From assembly GCA_000004985.1 (NCBI GenBank), contig GG738847.1: a DNA stretch of 64,000 bases; one strand, 5' to 3'. This DNA comes from Naegleria gruberi (Eukaryota). Numbering within the stretch: position 1 is the stretch's first letter; each line of letters starts with the position of its first letter. Of this stretch, positions 35,312 to 46,781 are shown one piece after another. The notes under the pieces were generated by a model, which saw only the letters and a list, made by a program, of their open reading frames with translations, was not told the DNA's origin and ran no database searches. A program made the translations under genes and the position numbers.

Positions 35312-36127
35312 ATGAAATTCTTCACCTCTTTTCCACGTATGCATAATTGCAAAACATCAATGTGGAGAAAGTGGAATTGGAAAGACAACAATGTTACACA
35401 AAGCCTTAGAAGAATTCTAGATCCCCGTCCTTACTTGCTAATAACACTCACAAACACAACAACAGAGGAGTCCCTAGGAAAGACACTAAATCTTCAATTT
35501 AATGATAATGATCTTATTTCATGGAATATCATTGAGGATACAATTCTTGAATTCCTTAATAACATACCTTCCTCTGAGAAATACTGTCCTATAATTATCA
35601 TAGACAATGCAAACAGAAATCCTGTTATAACCAACAACTTTGTCAATTTGGTAAGAGAAAAGTTAAGAATTATAAGTTTACTAATTGTGTCCTCTGATGG
35701 AACTTTTGAGGAATTTGGGGATTCAGCAGGAGGGAGATTATCATATATGGAGCTTTTTGATCCTTCCTATGAATTTGAAGTTCAATACTTGAACATGCTA
35801 AACATAACAAATCAAACGGAAATCAACAAGATAATCGAATTGTTAGGATCCAAGCCTCTCTATTTGGAGTATGTTGAACGAGTAATCATGCCAGATGGAT
35901 CAGTAGATTTTGAACTATTGGAGAGGAGAATATTTTCTCTTGTTGTGATGGCACTGGCAAAGCTACCTACTGAGGTCCAAAAACAAATTGATATTCTGTC
36001 AAGAGTATTATTAGAAAGACCGTTCACGCCACATTATGTGAATGATTCAGTACCTGAAGAGGCTAAAAGAATGATATTTAGCTCCAATATACTCAGAAAG
36101 AAAAATTCTCTTATGATCAAAGAGTAG
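35312..36127 (+). CDS. Degenerate NB-ARC/STAND-like protein, 271 aa, divergently transcribed from the P-loop NTPase gene.
   Basis: Degenerate P-loop EESLGKT, kinase-2-like CPIIIIDNANR, RNBS-B-like ISLLIVSSDGTFEEF and GLPL-like LLGSKPLYLEYV in the canonical order. Confidence 0.4.
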   Translation: MKFFTSFPRMHNCKTSMWRKWNWKDNNVTQSLRRILDPRPYLLITLTNTTTEESLGKTLNLQFNDNDLISWNIIEDTILEFLNNIPSSEKYCPIIIIDNANRNPVITNNFVNLVREKLRIISLLIVSSDGTFEEFGDSAGGRLSYMELFDPSYEFEVQYLNMLNITNQTEINKIIELLGSKPLYLEYVERVIMPDGSVDFELLERRIFSLVVMALAKLPTEVQKQIDILSRVLLERPFTPHYVNDSVPEEAKRMIFSSNILRKKNSLMIKE

Positions 36128-36241
36128 CATTTCAGAATAAGGTTGTTATGAAATATTTCCAAAAAAAATTCCAAAAATAAATCAGACGAAACTGTAATTA
36201 CAAAATCAAATATTAATTGTGGAAATTGTAAGATCTATTAA

Positions 36242-37486
36242 TTATTTCATTTCACTTAAATGTTTTGTTCCTTCATCACCAATAGAGTTGTTGTTAATAT
36301 CAAGTTTGGTTAATTGTTTCAATTCACTAATGTATTTAGCTCCTTCATCACCAAATTCATTGCCACCAACATTAAGATAGATTAGTTGTTTTAAATCACG
36401 TAAATATTTTGCTCCTTCCTCTCCAATGTCATTGTCATTAATATAAAGATCAACTAATTGTTTCAATTCTCCAATATATTTTGATCCTTCATCACCAATA
36501 CGATTATCACTAATATTAAGAAAGGTTAATTGTTTCAATTCACTTAAATATTGTGCTCCTTCAGCACCAATGTCATTTTGATTAATAATAAGAGTGGTCA
36601 ATTGTTTCAATTTGCCAATATTTTCAAGTCCTTCATCTTGAATCTTATTATGGGAAATATTAAGAAGAGTTAATTGCTTCAATTCACCTAAATGTTTTCC
36701 TCCTTCAGCGCCAATATCATTGTGAGAAATATCAAGAATGGTCAATTGTTTAATTTTGCTTACGTATGCAAGTCCTTCATTACCAAGCCAATTAACGGAA
36801 ATACCAAGATTGGTCAATTGTTTCAATTCACTTAAATATTTTGCTCCTTCAACACCAATACTATTTTCAGCAATGAATAGAGTGGTCAATTGGTTCAATT
36901 CACTTATATATTTAGATCCTTTAGCACCAATATGATTGCCATAAATATTAAGAGTGGTTAATTGTTTCAATTCACTTAGGTATTTAGCTCCAATATGAAA
37001 AATATTATGACTACGAATATCAAGATTGGTCAATTGTTTCAATTCACTAATATATCTAACTCCCTCACCACGAATTTGACTGCCATATATATGAAGACTT
37101 TTTAATTGTTTCAATCCACTTAGATGATGAACTTCTTCTTCTTCTTCAATTCTAATAACAAGTTTAGTTAGTGATTTCATCAAGATTAATTTTTTAAAAG
37201 TATCATCACTCGTGGCACTAACTTTAAGAGTTGCAATATTCTGTAAAAATTGGCCACCCATTTCAACACCAAATTTACAATTCGAAACAAGATTATTACA
37301 TGTTGATAAAATAACATTGTACCACTGTTTGGATACCAATGCACAATGCAAGACAATAAAATTAAAATCATCAAAGAAGGAAATAATTTCATATATAATG
37401 TCATTGTGAAATTTATAGTCTTGCGATGAGTTCATCATCAACAAGTCCTTTGAAAGTTGTGATTTACATGTTGCGAGTTTTTCCAT
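36242..37486 (-). CDS. F-box/leucine-rich-repeat protein with RI-type LRRs.
   Basis: N-terminal F-box (DIIYEIISFFDDFNFIVLHCALVSKQWYNV). At least 10 repeats of the form ELKQLT.L.I..N.IG.EGAKYLS. ATG at about 37486 (the caller began at a TTG at 37513). Confidence 0.8.
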   Translation of the reverse strand: MEKLATCKSQLSKDLLMMNSSQDYKFHNDIIYEIISFFDDFNFIVLHCALVSKQWYNVILSTCNNLVSNCKFGVEMGGQFLQNIATLKVSATSDDTFKKLILMKSLTKLVIRIEEEEEVHHLSGLKQLKSLHIYGSQIRGEGVRYISELKQLTNLDIRSHNIFHIGAKYLSELKQLTTLNIYGNHIGAKGSKYISELNQLTTLFIAENSIGVEGAKYLSELKQLTNLGISVNWLGNEGLAYVSKIKQLTILDISHNDIGAEGGKHLGELKQLTLLNISHNKIQDEGLENIGKLKQLTTLIINQNDIGAEGAQYLSELKQLTFLNISDNRIGDEGSKYIGELKQLVDLYINDNDIGEEGAKYLRDLKQLIYLNVGGNEFGDEGAKYISELKQLTKLDINNNSIGDEGTKHLSEMK

Positions 37487-37652
37487 TTTTTTTAATGATA
37501 AAGCGACCAACAAATTTATTTTCAGGTCAACTCGACATTCAAGTATGATAAAAGGTAAATTACTTCACAAATGAAAACATCATGGACAAAGTTCTAGTTA
37601 AATTATCATTAACACGAACAAGGGACATTAGATATTTGAAAACAATTTGTAT

Positions 37653-39470
37653 CTATTTATTGGAAGAGTTTACTAAGGCTCTCCTTGAGAAGCTTGTTAG
37701 TTTTCTCCACTTTTTATCATAGCCACCACATACGACCATCAAGTGCTCGCTCCAACTTCCAAATTCGTACACACTTTCTTCATCAGTGGATGGTAGGCAA
37801 CTTCTTGGATATTGAACTACATCCATGCATAGAATTCTATCTCCCACAGAGGATTGAGAAATTGGTTTGAAAGATATTGGATCCCAAAATCTAACAACTC
37901 CATCAAAACCACTGGAAATTATTGATCTACCGCATGATGGCTCATACATGATAGTATTCATCAGTTTACCACTTGCTGGTATAGAGTAAACTGGATCTTG
38001 TTTAAATTGTTCAGGATTGGAATCTGTTTGTTTGGCAGCAATGGTTTGACTAATATTTCTTAAATCCCAAACGTTAATCAAACCATCCACACCACCAGTA
38101 ACCAAATTAATACCATTGTATGGATTGAATGAGCAATTGAGTACCTCCTTGACATGGTGAACAAGGTTGGCCACCAACAAGCCAGTTCTTAAATCCCATA
38201 ATTTGACAATACCATTCATATCAGTTGTACACAATAATCCTCCATCAGGATGATGGTCTACACCATAAACTGGAGAATAGTGACCTTCCTGTGAATAGAG
38301 TAATTCGTTTCTCGATAAATCCCACATACACCAAGTTTGGTCAGAACTTGTACTGATGAATTGTTGGCCACTTGGATGAATGGACAATCTATTGATTACT
38401 GATGTATGTGCATTTCCAGCAGTGACAATTTCTCTCGAATTGATATCCTCATTGTTTTCTGATGTTCCATTAAATATTTGTACAGGTTTGTCAGTATCCT
38501 CAGCTTCCAAATTCCAAAGCTTAATAGTTCTGTCAGCAGAAGAACTCAACACATACTCATTTCTCACTTGTAGACATGTAATTCTCTCGTCATGAGCATT
38601 TGAGAAACTTCTCAATTGAGTACAGGAGAAGGATTCGTCTTCATTCATAACTTCTGGTTTTGTTGATACTTCCTCACTCTCGTCAATCATATTGTCTTCT
38701 TCCTTGAAACATGGATTGGCAACCTGCCAAACTTTCATGTCACCTGACCATCCTGATGAAATACATTTTCCAAAATCGTGTCCCAGAAATTTGATTTGTG
38801 AAATCGGCCTAGAATCACCAGTAATCGAAGAAACCAGTGATAAATTTTGTTGTAAATTCTTTACAAATCTATTCTTTCTCTCCACTAAATGTGCTGCAAG
38901 ACCTTGTTTAATAGTTGGTTCTCCCAATTTATCCTTCTTTACAATTTCTACATATTCTCTAATGCTCTCCAATCTTTGATGTGATGATTGCAGAGAGTGC
39001 ATTGCAATTTGTTCACGAACCTCTGCCAAATGTGGATTTGTACTTTGGAAAGTAAAATATTGTTTTGATAAATCCTCTTCTTCTTCTTCTTCCTCTACTG
39101 TTGCTTCCTCTTCATCATCTTGCATTTGCTCCACTAAATCTTGTCTTCCACTTTGTATTAATTCCTTCCTAAAATCAGCCATAATAACTGATTGTTCCGA
39201 GACTGATCTCGTCGATGCTGATGATGCTGATGATGGTTGTTCTACATCTTCCGATTCTCTAAGCTTTTGAATGGCTATCATTCTCTTCAGACGTTCTCTT
39301 CTCTCGGACGAACCTTCTCCAAACAAGGTCATTGGCTCTCCCATCTCTCTCAACTTTAACCTCACATCTAAATCGATGGTGGGTATTTTGAATTGTGTAT
39401 TAAAATTTGGTGAGAGGAGGATGAGTTGAATTTTTTGTTCATCTGGAAGGTGAGAAGCGTCAGACAACAT
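37653..39470 (-). CDS. PRPF4: U4/U6 snRNP protein Prp4 (PRPF4 homologue) with 7 WD40 repeats.
   Basis: Prp4-specific motif [27 protein letters not shown] blades are collinear with human PRPF4 ([14 protein letters not shown]..., [17 protein letters not shown]..., [17 protein letters not shown]...). ATG at 39470. Acidic, Glu-rich insertion. Confidence 0.85.
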   Translation of the reverse strand: MLSDASHLPDEQKIQLILLSPNFNTQFKIPTIDLDVRLKLREMGEPMTLFGEGSSERRERLKRMIAIQKLRESEDVEQPSSASSASTRSVSEQSVIMADFRKELIQSGRQDLVEQMQDDEEEATVEEEEEEEDLSKQYFTFQSTNPHLAEVREQIAMHSLQSSHQRLESIREYVEIVKKDKLGEPTIKQGLAAHLVERKNRFVKNLQQNLSLVSSITGDSRPISQIKFLGHDFGKCISSGWSGDMKVWQVANPCFKEEDNMIDESEEVSTKPEVMNEDESFSCTQLRSFSNAHDERITCLQVRNEYVLSSSADRTIKLWNLEAEDTDKPVQIFNGTSENNEDINSREIVTAGNAHTSVINRLSIHPSGQQFISTSSDQTWCMWDLSRNELLYSQEGHYSPVYGVDHHPDGGLLCTTDMNGIVKLWDLRTGLLVANLVHHVKEVLNCSFNPYNGINLVTGGVDGLINVWDLRNISQTIAAKQTDSNPEQFKQDPVYSIPASGKLMNTIMYEPSCGRSIISSGFDGVVRFWDPISFKPISQSSVGDRILCMDVVQYPRSCLPSTDEESVYEFGSWSEHLMVVCGGYDKKWRKLTSFSRRALVNSSNK

Positions 39471-39789
39471 TTTTTTTCTTTTAATTTTTCTAATATTTAT
39501 TTCCTCATTGAACCAGTTGACATTATTATTTGTGAATCTTGTTGTGTAAGATGGTTGCAAAGTACAATTATTTTAGAGATTTCCATTGCTATATTTTCAG
39601 ATTTACATTTACTTCTCTTTTCAAAGTGTTGCTTGTTATTTCATTCGATCATCGTAATAATAGTCTTCAATGTAGGAAAAGACCTATTTGCACTTTCCAT
39701 CCTTTAATTGATTGAGAAATCCAACTAATTTCAGATATAGCTCTAGAGAAACTCTTCCAATTCTTTTTAAGGCATTATTTGATCTCCTA

Positions 39790-41298
39790 TTACTTATTAG
39801 CAGTGACAGCACCAGTCAAGGCAATCATTGGATAGATACCAAGTACTGCAATAACAATGACCAATACACCAATAATAGCTACGGTGGCAGGATTGAGGAT
39901 TTTCAACAAGGTCTGAAGTCTTTGGGTATACTCTTTCAAAACCATTTGAGAAACATACTTCAAACCATCCTGAATGATAACATGTTTTCCACTCATAAAA
40001 CAAGCTTGAAGATAGGCTATTTCATAAGGTGAAAATATATGCTTTTGCTTTAACATGTAAGCTAAAACTTCATCTGCACCAGCTCCATATTTTGCCAAGC
40101 TGGCCATACTTTCCACCATGTGTTGAAGAATTGGGTTGGAACTGATGTTTGAGCAGACAATTAAGAGCTTGGAAGTGATTTGTTCCTTATCGAGTAATGA
40201 TAATGTATGCAAGAGCGTGGCCTTATCTTGTAAGAATGTTAAATTTCCAATAGGGGTGTGCATTCGAATGTATTGCCATTTCAAGAATGATTTGAAAGGT
40301 AAATACTCTGATGATATTGTTGAAGGAATAATATAAATAAGAGCCAACCAATGGTATTGAATAGATCTTACGAGATAATTTGTAAATTGTAAAAAGGATG
40401 GGACTGTAAGACCCATACTTTCAAAAATACCAATATTCTGTGGTAAAATCTTGGTCAATAACATTGTAATACCCAATAGACCAATTACTGTCATTATTGC
40501 AGGATAAATTAAAGCTCCAGTAATGGCTTTCTGGACCTTAATTTCCCTAGCAAATCTCTGTGCACAGTATAAGAGAATAGAGTCGAAATTTGAAAGGGCC
40601 TTTGCAAGAACTAGAGAATTATAATACCAACTGGGCAGATACATTTGTACTTTTGACAGTGTTGCAATAAATGTCTTGTAGTCAGTGCCACCAAGTGCAC
40701 TCTTTGGAATTTTAACTTGAGCAAGGAAGGGCAATAAATCTGAATCCAATTTTGAACTTCTCAACATGATATCGAAAATACTGACACTATTCACTGAGGG
40801 AGGAATTGAATTTACCAGAAATAGAATATTATTAAATGCTTGGAGTGAATCTGTAGAAAGTGAGCTGTTGCCTTGAAAGCTCCTGATCAGTTTGTTCAAC
40901 AAACCTGGATGAGAAGTTGGATCGGATTTTGATTTATCTGACGACATCTTTTTCTTTCCAGCAGTAATAGGCTTTGCTTCTGTCTTTCCTGCTGTTTGTG
41001 AATGTTCAATCCATTGTTGTTTCTCGAAAATTGCAATATTTTCCTCTGCAATTACATATTGATCATGATCCGAAACAAATCCTTGCACACCTTTCAATAA
41101 TAAATTATTATTCAATAAATATTGTAATATTAATTTTAGGCTTTTTGTTTTTTGCTTGTTATTTTCGTTCATTGTTTGTCCACTTGTTTGTCCATGTTGT
41201 TTATTGTCATCATCACATTGAATTGTTGTTGTATTGTTTTTCGGAAATAAATGGTCTGCAATTCTATCCATTCGGGAAATGTGTTGTGGTGACAACAT
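39790..41298 (-). CDS. gspF: Type II secretion system platform protein GspF/PilC family (T2SSF domains). Candidate mitochondrial T2SS (miT2SS) inner-membrane component encoded in the nucleus.
   Basis: 502 aa, ATG start, no intron seen. Conserved TM1 motif ALIYPAIMTVIGLLGITMLL...ILPQ. Second T2SSF cytoplasmic domain ...FSPYEIAYLQACFMSGKHVIIQDGLKYVSQMVLKEY. C-terminal TM3 LNPATVAIIGVLVIVIAVLGIYPMIALTGAV, as in bacterial GspF/PilC. About 150 aa of N-terminal extension before the first T2SSF domain. Confidence 0.75.
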   Translation of the reverse strand: MLSPQHISRMDRIADHLFPKNNTTTIQCDDDNKQHGQTSGQTMNENNKQKTKSLKLILQYLLNNNLLLKGVQGFVSDHDQYVIAEENIAIFEKQQWIEHSQTAGKTEAKPITAGKKKMSSDKSKSDPTSHPGLLNKLIRSFQGNSSLSTDSLQAFNNILFLVNSIPPSVNSVSIFDIMLRSSKLDSDLLPFLAQVKIPKSALGGTDYKTFIATLSKVQMYLPSWYYNSLVLAKALSNFDSILLYCAQRFAREIKVQKAITGALIYPAIMTVIGLLGITMLLTKILPQNIGIFESMGLTVPSFLQFTNYLVRSIQYHWLALIYIIPSTISSEYLPFKSFLKWQYIRMHTPIGNLTFLQDKATLLHTLSLLDKEQITSKLLIVCSNISSNPILQHMVESMASLAKYGAGADEVLAYMLKQKHIFSPYEIAYLQACFMSGKHVIIQDGLKYVSQMVLKEYTQRLQTLLKILNPATVAIIGVLVIVIAVLGIYPMIALTGAVTANK

Positions 41299-41645
41299 TT
41301 TTAATTCATTTTTAATTACTTAATTTTAATAATTAATTAATATTATTTTTATATTTCTAATGTACCAGAAAGTCTATTTTGAAATAGACCCACATGAGTT
41401 TGTATCTAAAGTAATTCATTTATTTTGCAAGTTGACTTGTTCATTACCTTCCTTCTATGTGAAATCTCTAAACAATTCAGACAGATAACACTTCAAGAAC
41501 CAAAGAGTAGCCAATCTCAAATTAGCAATAATTAGCTTGCATTCCATTTTTAGATGAATTACAAAAAAGAACCTACTTTTAATTTCGTTAAATCCATCTC
41601 AGTTCACTCTGATCAATAATCTCCATTACACAAAAACAAAACAAA

Positions 41646-42317
41646 ATGAACAACAAACTCACTCTATTCACTTTCATACTTTTGCTCGTTATTCTCTTCT
41701 TGATAAACTTATCTGAACAATCCATATATTTACCAGGTGGTAAAGCAATTGAAACAGACAAGACAAAGATCAAAGAATTGATGGAATTCATGACTGTTAA
41801 ATTGATGGAAACTCCATATCAAGCAAAGATTCATGAAATTATTAAGGTTGAAAGACAAATTGTAAATGGTGTAAATTATTATATCACAATGCACGTTATT
41901 TCGAATGAAAAGATTAAACAATTGGTTGAAGCTAAGGTATTTGAACCAATGCATCACGTCCATGCTTTTGAATTGGTTTCTATTGACAAGAAGGATTCTA
42001 TCAAGTCCATATCAAACCAAGCATTAGAATCAATTCCAGGAGGAAGAAATAAGGAAACCGACTACTTGAAGATTACTGAATTGGTTAACTTTTTACAACA
42101 AAAACTCATTGAATCTGAAAATCAATCTGTTATTAGAAAGGTTATTTCCATTGAAAAGCAAGTCGTTGCTGGTATTAATTATTTCCTTGATGTGCATTTG
42201 GAATTTGCTGATGGAAAGGTCAAATTAATGCAAGCAACAATTCATGAACCACCAATCTTTGCTGGAAGTTCTTCATTGCACTTGAAATCACTCATTGAAA
42301 TTAATGGCAAAGAATAA
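41646..42317 (+). CDS. Secreted two-domain cystatin (family I25 cysteine protease inhibitor).
   Basis: Signal peptide MNNKLTLFTFILLLVILFLINLS. Two repeats, each with the conserved Gly (LPGG, IPGG) and a QxVxG motif (QIVNG, QVVAG). Confidence 0.8.
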   Translation: MNNKLTLFTFILLLVILFLINLSEQSIYLPGGKAIETDKTKIKELMEFMTVKLMETPYQAKIHEIIKVERQIVNGVNYYITMHVISNEKIKQLVEAKVFEPMHHVHAFELVSIDKKDSIKSISNQALESIPGGRNKETDYLKITELVNFLQQKLIESENQSVIRKVISIEKQVVAGINYFLDVHLEFADGKVKLMQATIHEPPIFAGSSSLHLKSLIEINGKE

Positions 42318-42443
42318 ATAATAATATTTTGTTTTATTAGTAATGAAAAGTCGTTTGAAGCAATAACAAAACAATCAATTCGAGAGGCTACTAAATTTAT
42401 TGTCTTCCCGCCAAAATTTTAATTCAAATTCAACAGAAAAAAA

Positions 42444-45400
42444 ATGGCGAACGAAGACTATGTGTTAAACTTTTCGATTCCTTTAAAACCTGAGGACTTG
42501 GAAATAGAGTCAGAGACCTTTTTCTATGTTTCTGATGATATGGATGTGAATTCATTCTCTACGACAGAAATTCACAGTTTAATTGATGGTACGTTTTATA
42601 TTTTAATCGGAATGTGTGATGATCATTGTTTTATTAGATATTGAAAACAAAATTTCGGATAAACCCTACTCTATCACAGATGGAAGCGTCTTTACAGCAA
42701 TCTACAGTTGCATTAAACATTTTTCTGCTCTTGATGATACTTGTAAACAACGTCTATTGGACAGTTTAGTCACAAATCTAAGCAGTCTGTTAACTAGCAT
42801 AACGAATCTGTTCATCAGATCATCAGCCGAAAGATCATATGGAGCAGATGATTTTGACAAAGTTGTTGCTATTCACAAGAATGCTTTGAAAATGTTCGTC
42901 TTCTGTGTTTTCTGGGGAATTTATAAATTCGAAAAGGAGGAAATGGAATCCAATAGTGAAGCAGAAAAGAAGAAGAAGAAATCCAAATCTAAAAAGAGAA
43001 GGAAAAGCGTTTTGGAAATGGATGATTGGAAAGAAAGAATACTGAAACTCTTGATTTCTGTCCTAGGACATAAATTAGACAAGTTGTGGAATAAGGAAGA
43101 CAAAATAGAGGACTCTTTTGTTTTGTTATTCTTCAGAGTTGCCTTCTCCTTTATGGAAAATCCAGAAAACCTAAAATCAGAAACTCTCAAACCAAAGATT
43201 ATTGAGCTTATCATTGCTGCCCTTCATGCACCATCAGGAAATATGCAAACAGTTATTTCTTCGATACTATCCATGATAATGTCGAACGCCAGTTGCTTAT
43301 CATGTATTATTGAAATGATAGAACACATTTGTGCTCCTTCATCTGATTCTGAGAATAGTGTTGGAAAGCTTTTTGTTAGCGAGTTATTCAGAGAGATAAG
43401 CAGATTAGAACAATCTGTCATGAAGTCAGATTCTGCAGGTACAAAAAACCTTGCTCAATTCATATCAGACTTGGGCGAAAGAGTTCCACTATCGATTCTT
43501 GTAAATATGAGCGTAGTGATATCCCATTTGGATGCAGAATGCTATCATATCAGAAATGCTGTTCTGCAAGCAATCACACACGTAATTTGTAAAATACTCA
43601 AGTCAACTTCAGAAGAAAATAACAGTAGAAATACCACAACAGAAAACATTACCAAGAAAACTCGTGATTCTCTGATTGATATTCTTGAAGAGAGAATGTA
43701 CGACGTAAATGCATACACACGTAGTAAGGTTCTTGCTTGTTGGGGAATGTTGTGCGAGGAAAAGGCTCTGCCTGTGAGAAAAATACCTCAAGTTTTGGAA
43801 ATGGTGTCTGGAAGATTATATGATAAGAGTGCTTTCGTCAGAAAGGCTGCAGTGCATTTCTTATCAACCATTCTGTCTAACAATCCTTATGGAAGTGTTC
43901 TGAAATTATCTATATTGGAAGAGAAATTGGCAGCTGCTAAAAAAACATATGATGATATTCCACAGTACTCTGAACCTGAGCTTGAACTTCTTCCAGAAGC
44001 AGAAAAAACTGATCTCAAGACAAAACAAGACAGGGCAAAAAGATATTGCATTTTGTTCAGAGAAGCAATTTCTTTTGTTAACAATTTGCATTCAACCTTT
44101 GAATCTGCCTATCAACTCTTAAATTCTAAAACCAGCTCTGATGTTTGTGAATGTATCAGCTTTATAGAGAAGTCTTTCATGTTTAAACTTGATATCTCCA
44201 CTCCTGCCCTTAAGAAAATATTTAAGCTTATCTGGTCTCCTGAACAGACTGTCAAAGATGCTGTATTGGAATCAATTCAAAATATCTTTATGAACCCTGA
44301 AAATTTGAAATCGACTGATGAGTGTATTGAAGTTGCACAACGATTTGCAGAGTTAGCTTTAGAGTGCAACCAATCTGAGCTTTCCTCTCTGGAAACTATT
44401 GTGAACTTGATTGTTTACAATAATAAGTTTTCAAAAAATCTGTTCTTGGCATTGTTCGAATTGACCGGGAAAAAACAACCAGAAAATCATGTAGTTGGAG
44501 CCCTTATTATAATTAATATGGTTGCTACAGCTAGACCAGAACCAATAAGAAAAAAGATTAAACTGTTAGTTACCGAGGTTATGGAAGAACGAGCTAAAGC
44601 TAGCTTCCTCATTGCAGTATATTCATGCCAAATTCTGCAAAGACTTGCTAAGGACGACTCTAGCGAAGCTTTTCAAGATGAAAAAAAGAAGAAGAGTAGC
44701 TCAAACGAGAATGATGACTGTCTGAAATATGTTGGTGGTAATCCAAGATACAGACTACCAGATAATCACAGTGTTTTCAAACTTTTGCTTGACCTCATCA
44801 TTGGAGATCCTAATTCACCACCGGAGCTATCCAAACTTTCTGAATGGATGACCATTACTGAATCTGCTTTGAATGCTATATTTTGCCTTGCAGAAGATCC
44901 AATACAGTTGACAACCCACATTATTAAGGAGGTTTCATTGAAAACTAATTTATCAGACCCAAACCAATCACGATCTGAGACGCTCACTGTTTCTCCTATT
45001 GAACTTACAAAGCTATTTTTTATTTTAGGACATTCTGCTCTAAAAGAATTAGTGCTGATTGAAGACCAATTCAAACAAGCCAAGAAATATAAACATAGAA
45101 TGGCCCTAGAGAAGGAACAAGCAGCTGCAGAAAAGAAGGAAAAACCAAAGAAAGGATCTAAAAAGAAGAGGGATAGACAAGAACTTGAGGAGGAGAATGA
45201 TAATGATACAACCGTTCTGGAAAGAGAATTAGGCTTAGATCCATCAAGTCTTGACGATCATGAACTTGAAGAAACATTTGAAAAGAAGGAACGAAATATC
45301 ATTACTGAGTCATCTTTATATGGGTCCTACTTGCCTTTGATTTTATCTATTTGCCATGATAGTGCCAATTTGTACAGATATTCTCCATTGAGAAAAACAG

Positions 45401-46776
45401 CCATTCTTGCCCTTTGTAAATATATGTGTATCAGTCAAACAGTATGCGAGGATAACATCAGATTACTTTTTACAATCCTCATAAGAAAACCAGAAATGAG
45501 ATCTAAACAATCCATAGAAGGTTATACCACCATTAGAAATAACATTATTGTAACAATAGGCGATCTTGCGTGTAGATACCCTAATGTTGTTGAAAGATAT
45601 ATTCATCACTTGTATAGTTGTCTCAGAGATTCGGATAGTAGAATCAGAAAGAACACCTTGTTGGTTCTTTCTCACTTGGTTCTTAACGATATGGTAAAAG
45701 TCAAGTCAAATATTTTCGAAATTGTCAGATGTATTGAAGACACTTCTGAAGAAATTTCGCAACTATCAAAATCTTTCTTTACAGAGCTAGCTAAGAAGGC
45801 ATCCGGTAGCAACAATCCAATTTATAACTTGTTACCAACCATTTTAAGTAATTTATCAAGAAGGGATGCTGGTGTAGGCCCTGTTGCATTCCAAAACATT
45901 ATGAAATTCCTCATTTCATTTGTAACAAAGGTGCAACATAATGAAAAGTTAGTTCGCAAACTTTGCCAAAGATTTGACCTTGTACGTTCTTCTTCAACAA
46001 CCAAAGCCACAGATGAAGTTTTTGAGAAGAAGGAAGAGGATCACCACACAGATGAAACCAATATGGATGTGCAGCCAAATGAAGATCTAACAAAGAGTGA
46101 CTTTGATCCAGAAATTATTCAACAGTGGAGAAATCTTGCTTACTGTTTGACCCAACTCACAATGAACGACAAGTGTATTCAAATATTGATTTCAGAAGAT
46201 TGTGTTAAATCCTATAAGAAGTCTTTGATAGATTTTGAGGTTTATGAATATCTTACTTCAATAACTGCCAAATTTAAGAAAACTGCCACCTCAAAAATTG
46301 GAAAGAAAGCCAGTGATGGAAATATGAATCAAGAACTTAAGGATCAGATTGAGGAATGGGAAAAGCAAACAAGACTTACTCACCTCAAACTATGTGAAGA
46401 AAATGATATTGAATCGAAATTACTCACCAAAGAAGAGGAGGAAGAGGAAGGAAAGAAAAAACCAAGAAAAGCAAACAGTAAGGTAAAATCCAAACAAAAG
46501 GGCAGAAAGGCAATCGAAGAAGAAGAGGAGGAAGACATGTCAGAAGAAGAGGATGATGATGGAATTGACGAGCTATTGGACGATGATGATGAAGAGCTTG
46601 ATTTACTGGACGAAGAGGATGATGAGCCAGCTAGTAAATCTAAATCCAAACAATCCTCTCAAAGCTCCTCCAAAGTGGTTGAAGATGAAGAAATGCCTGA
46701 AGAAGAGCAAGAAGAAGAAGAAGAGGAGCAAGTCATTCAAACAAGAACTAGATCAAGAAGAATTAAAAATAAATAG
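42444..46776 (+). CDS. NCAPD2: Condensin complex subunit 1 (Cnd1/Ycs4/NCAPD2 homologue). Exons 42444..42588 and 42638..46776, joined by a 49-nt intron (GTACGT...TTAG).
   Basis: Collinear with human NCAPD2: FISDLGERVPLSILVNMSVVISHLDAECYHIRNAVLQAI and LLFTILIRKPEMRSKQSIEGYTTIRNNIIVTIGDLACRYPNVVERYIHHLYSCLRDSDSRIRKNTLLVLSHLVLNDMVKVK...IYNLLPTILSNLS. Acidic C-terminus. The splice is phase-verified against both ORFs, and the total is 1428 codons. Confidence 0.9.
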
Positions 46777-46781
46777 TTCTT

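Noticed and set aside
39790-41298. GspF ORF as bacterial contamination or an assembly chimera.
   Set aside because: Its codon usage and AT content match its neighbours. It starts with ATG in a eukaryote-like context. It sits between Prp4 and a signal-peptide cystatin gene on a contig that also carries intron-containing condensin, NBAS and EMC2 genes. There are no rRNA, operon or Shine-Dalgarno features nearby.
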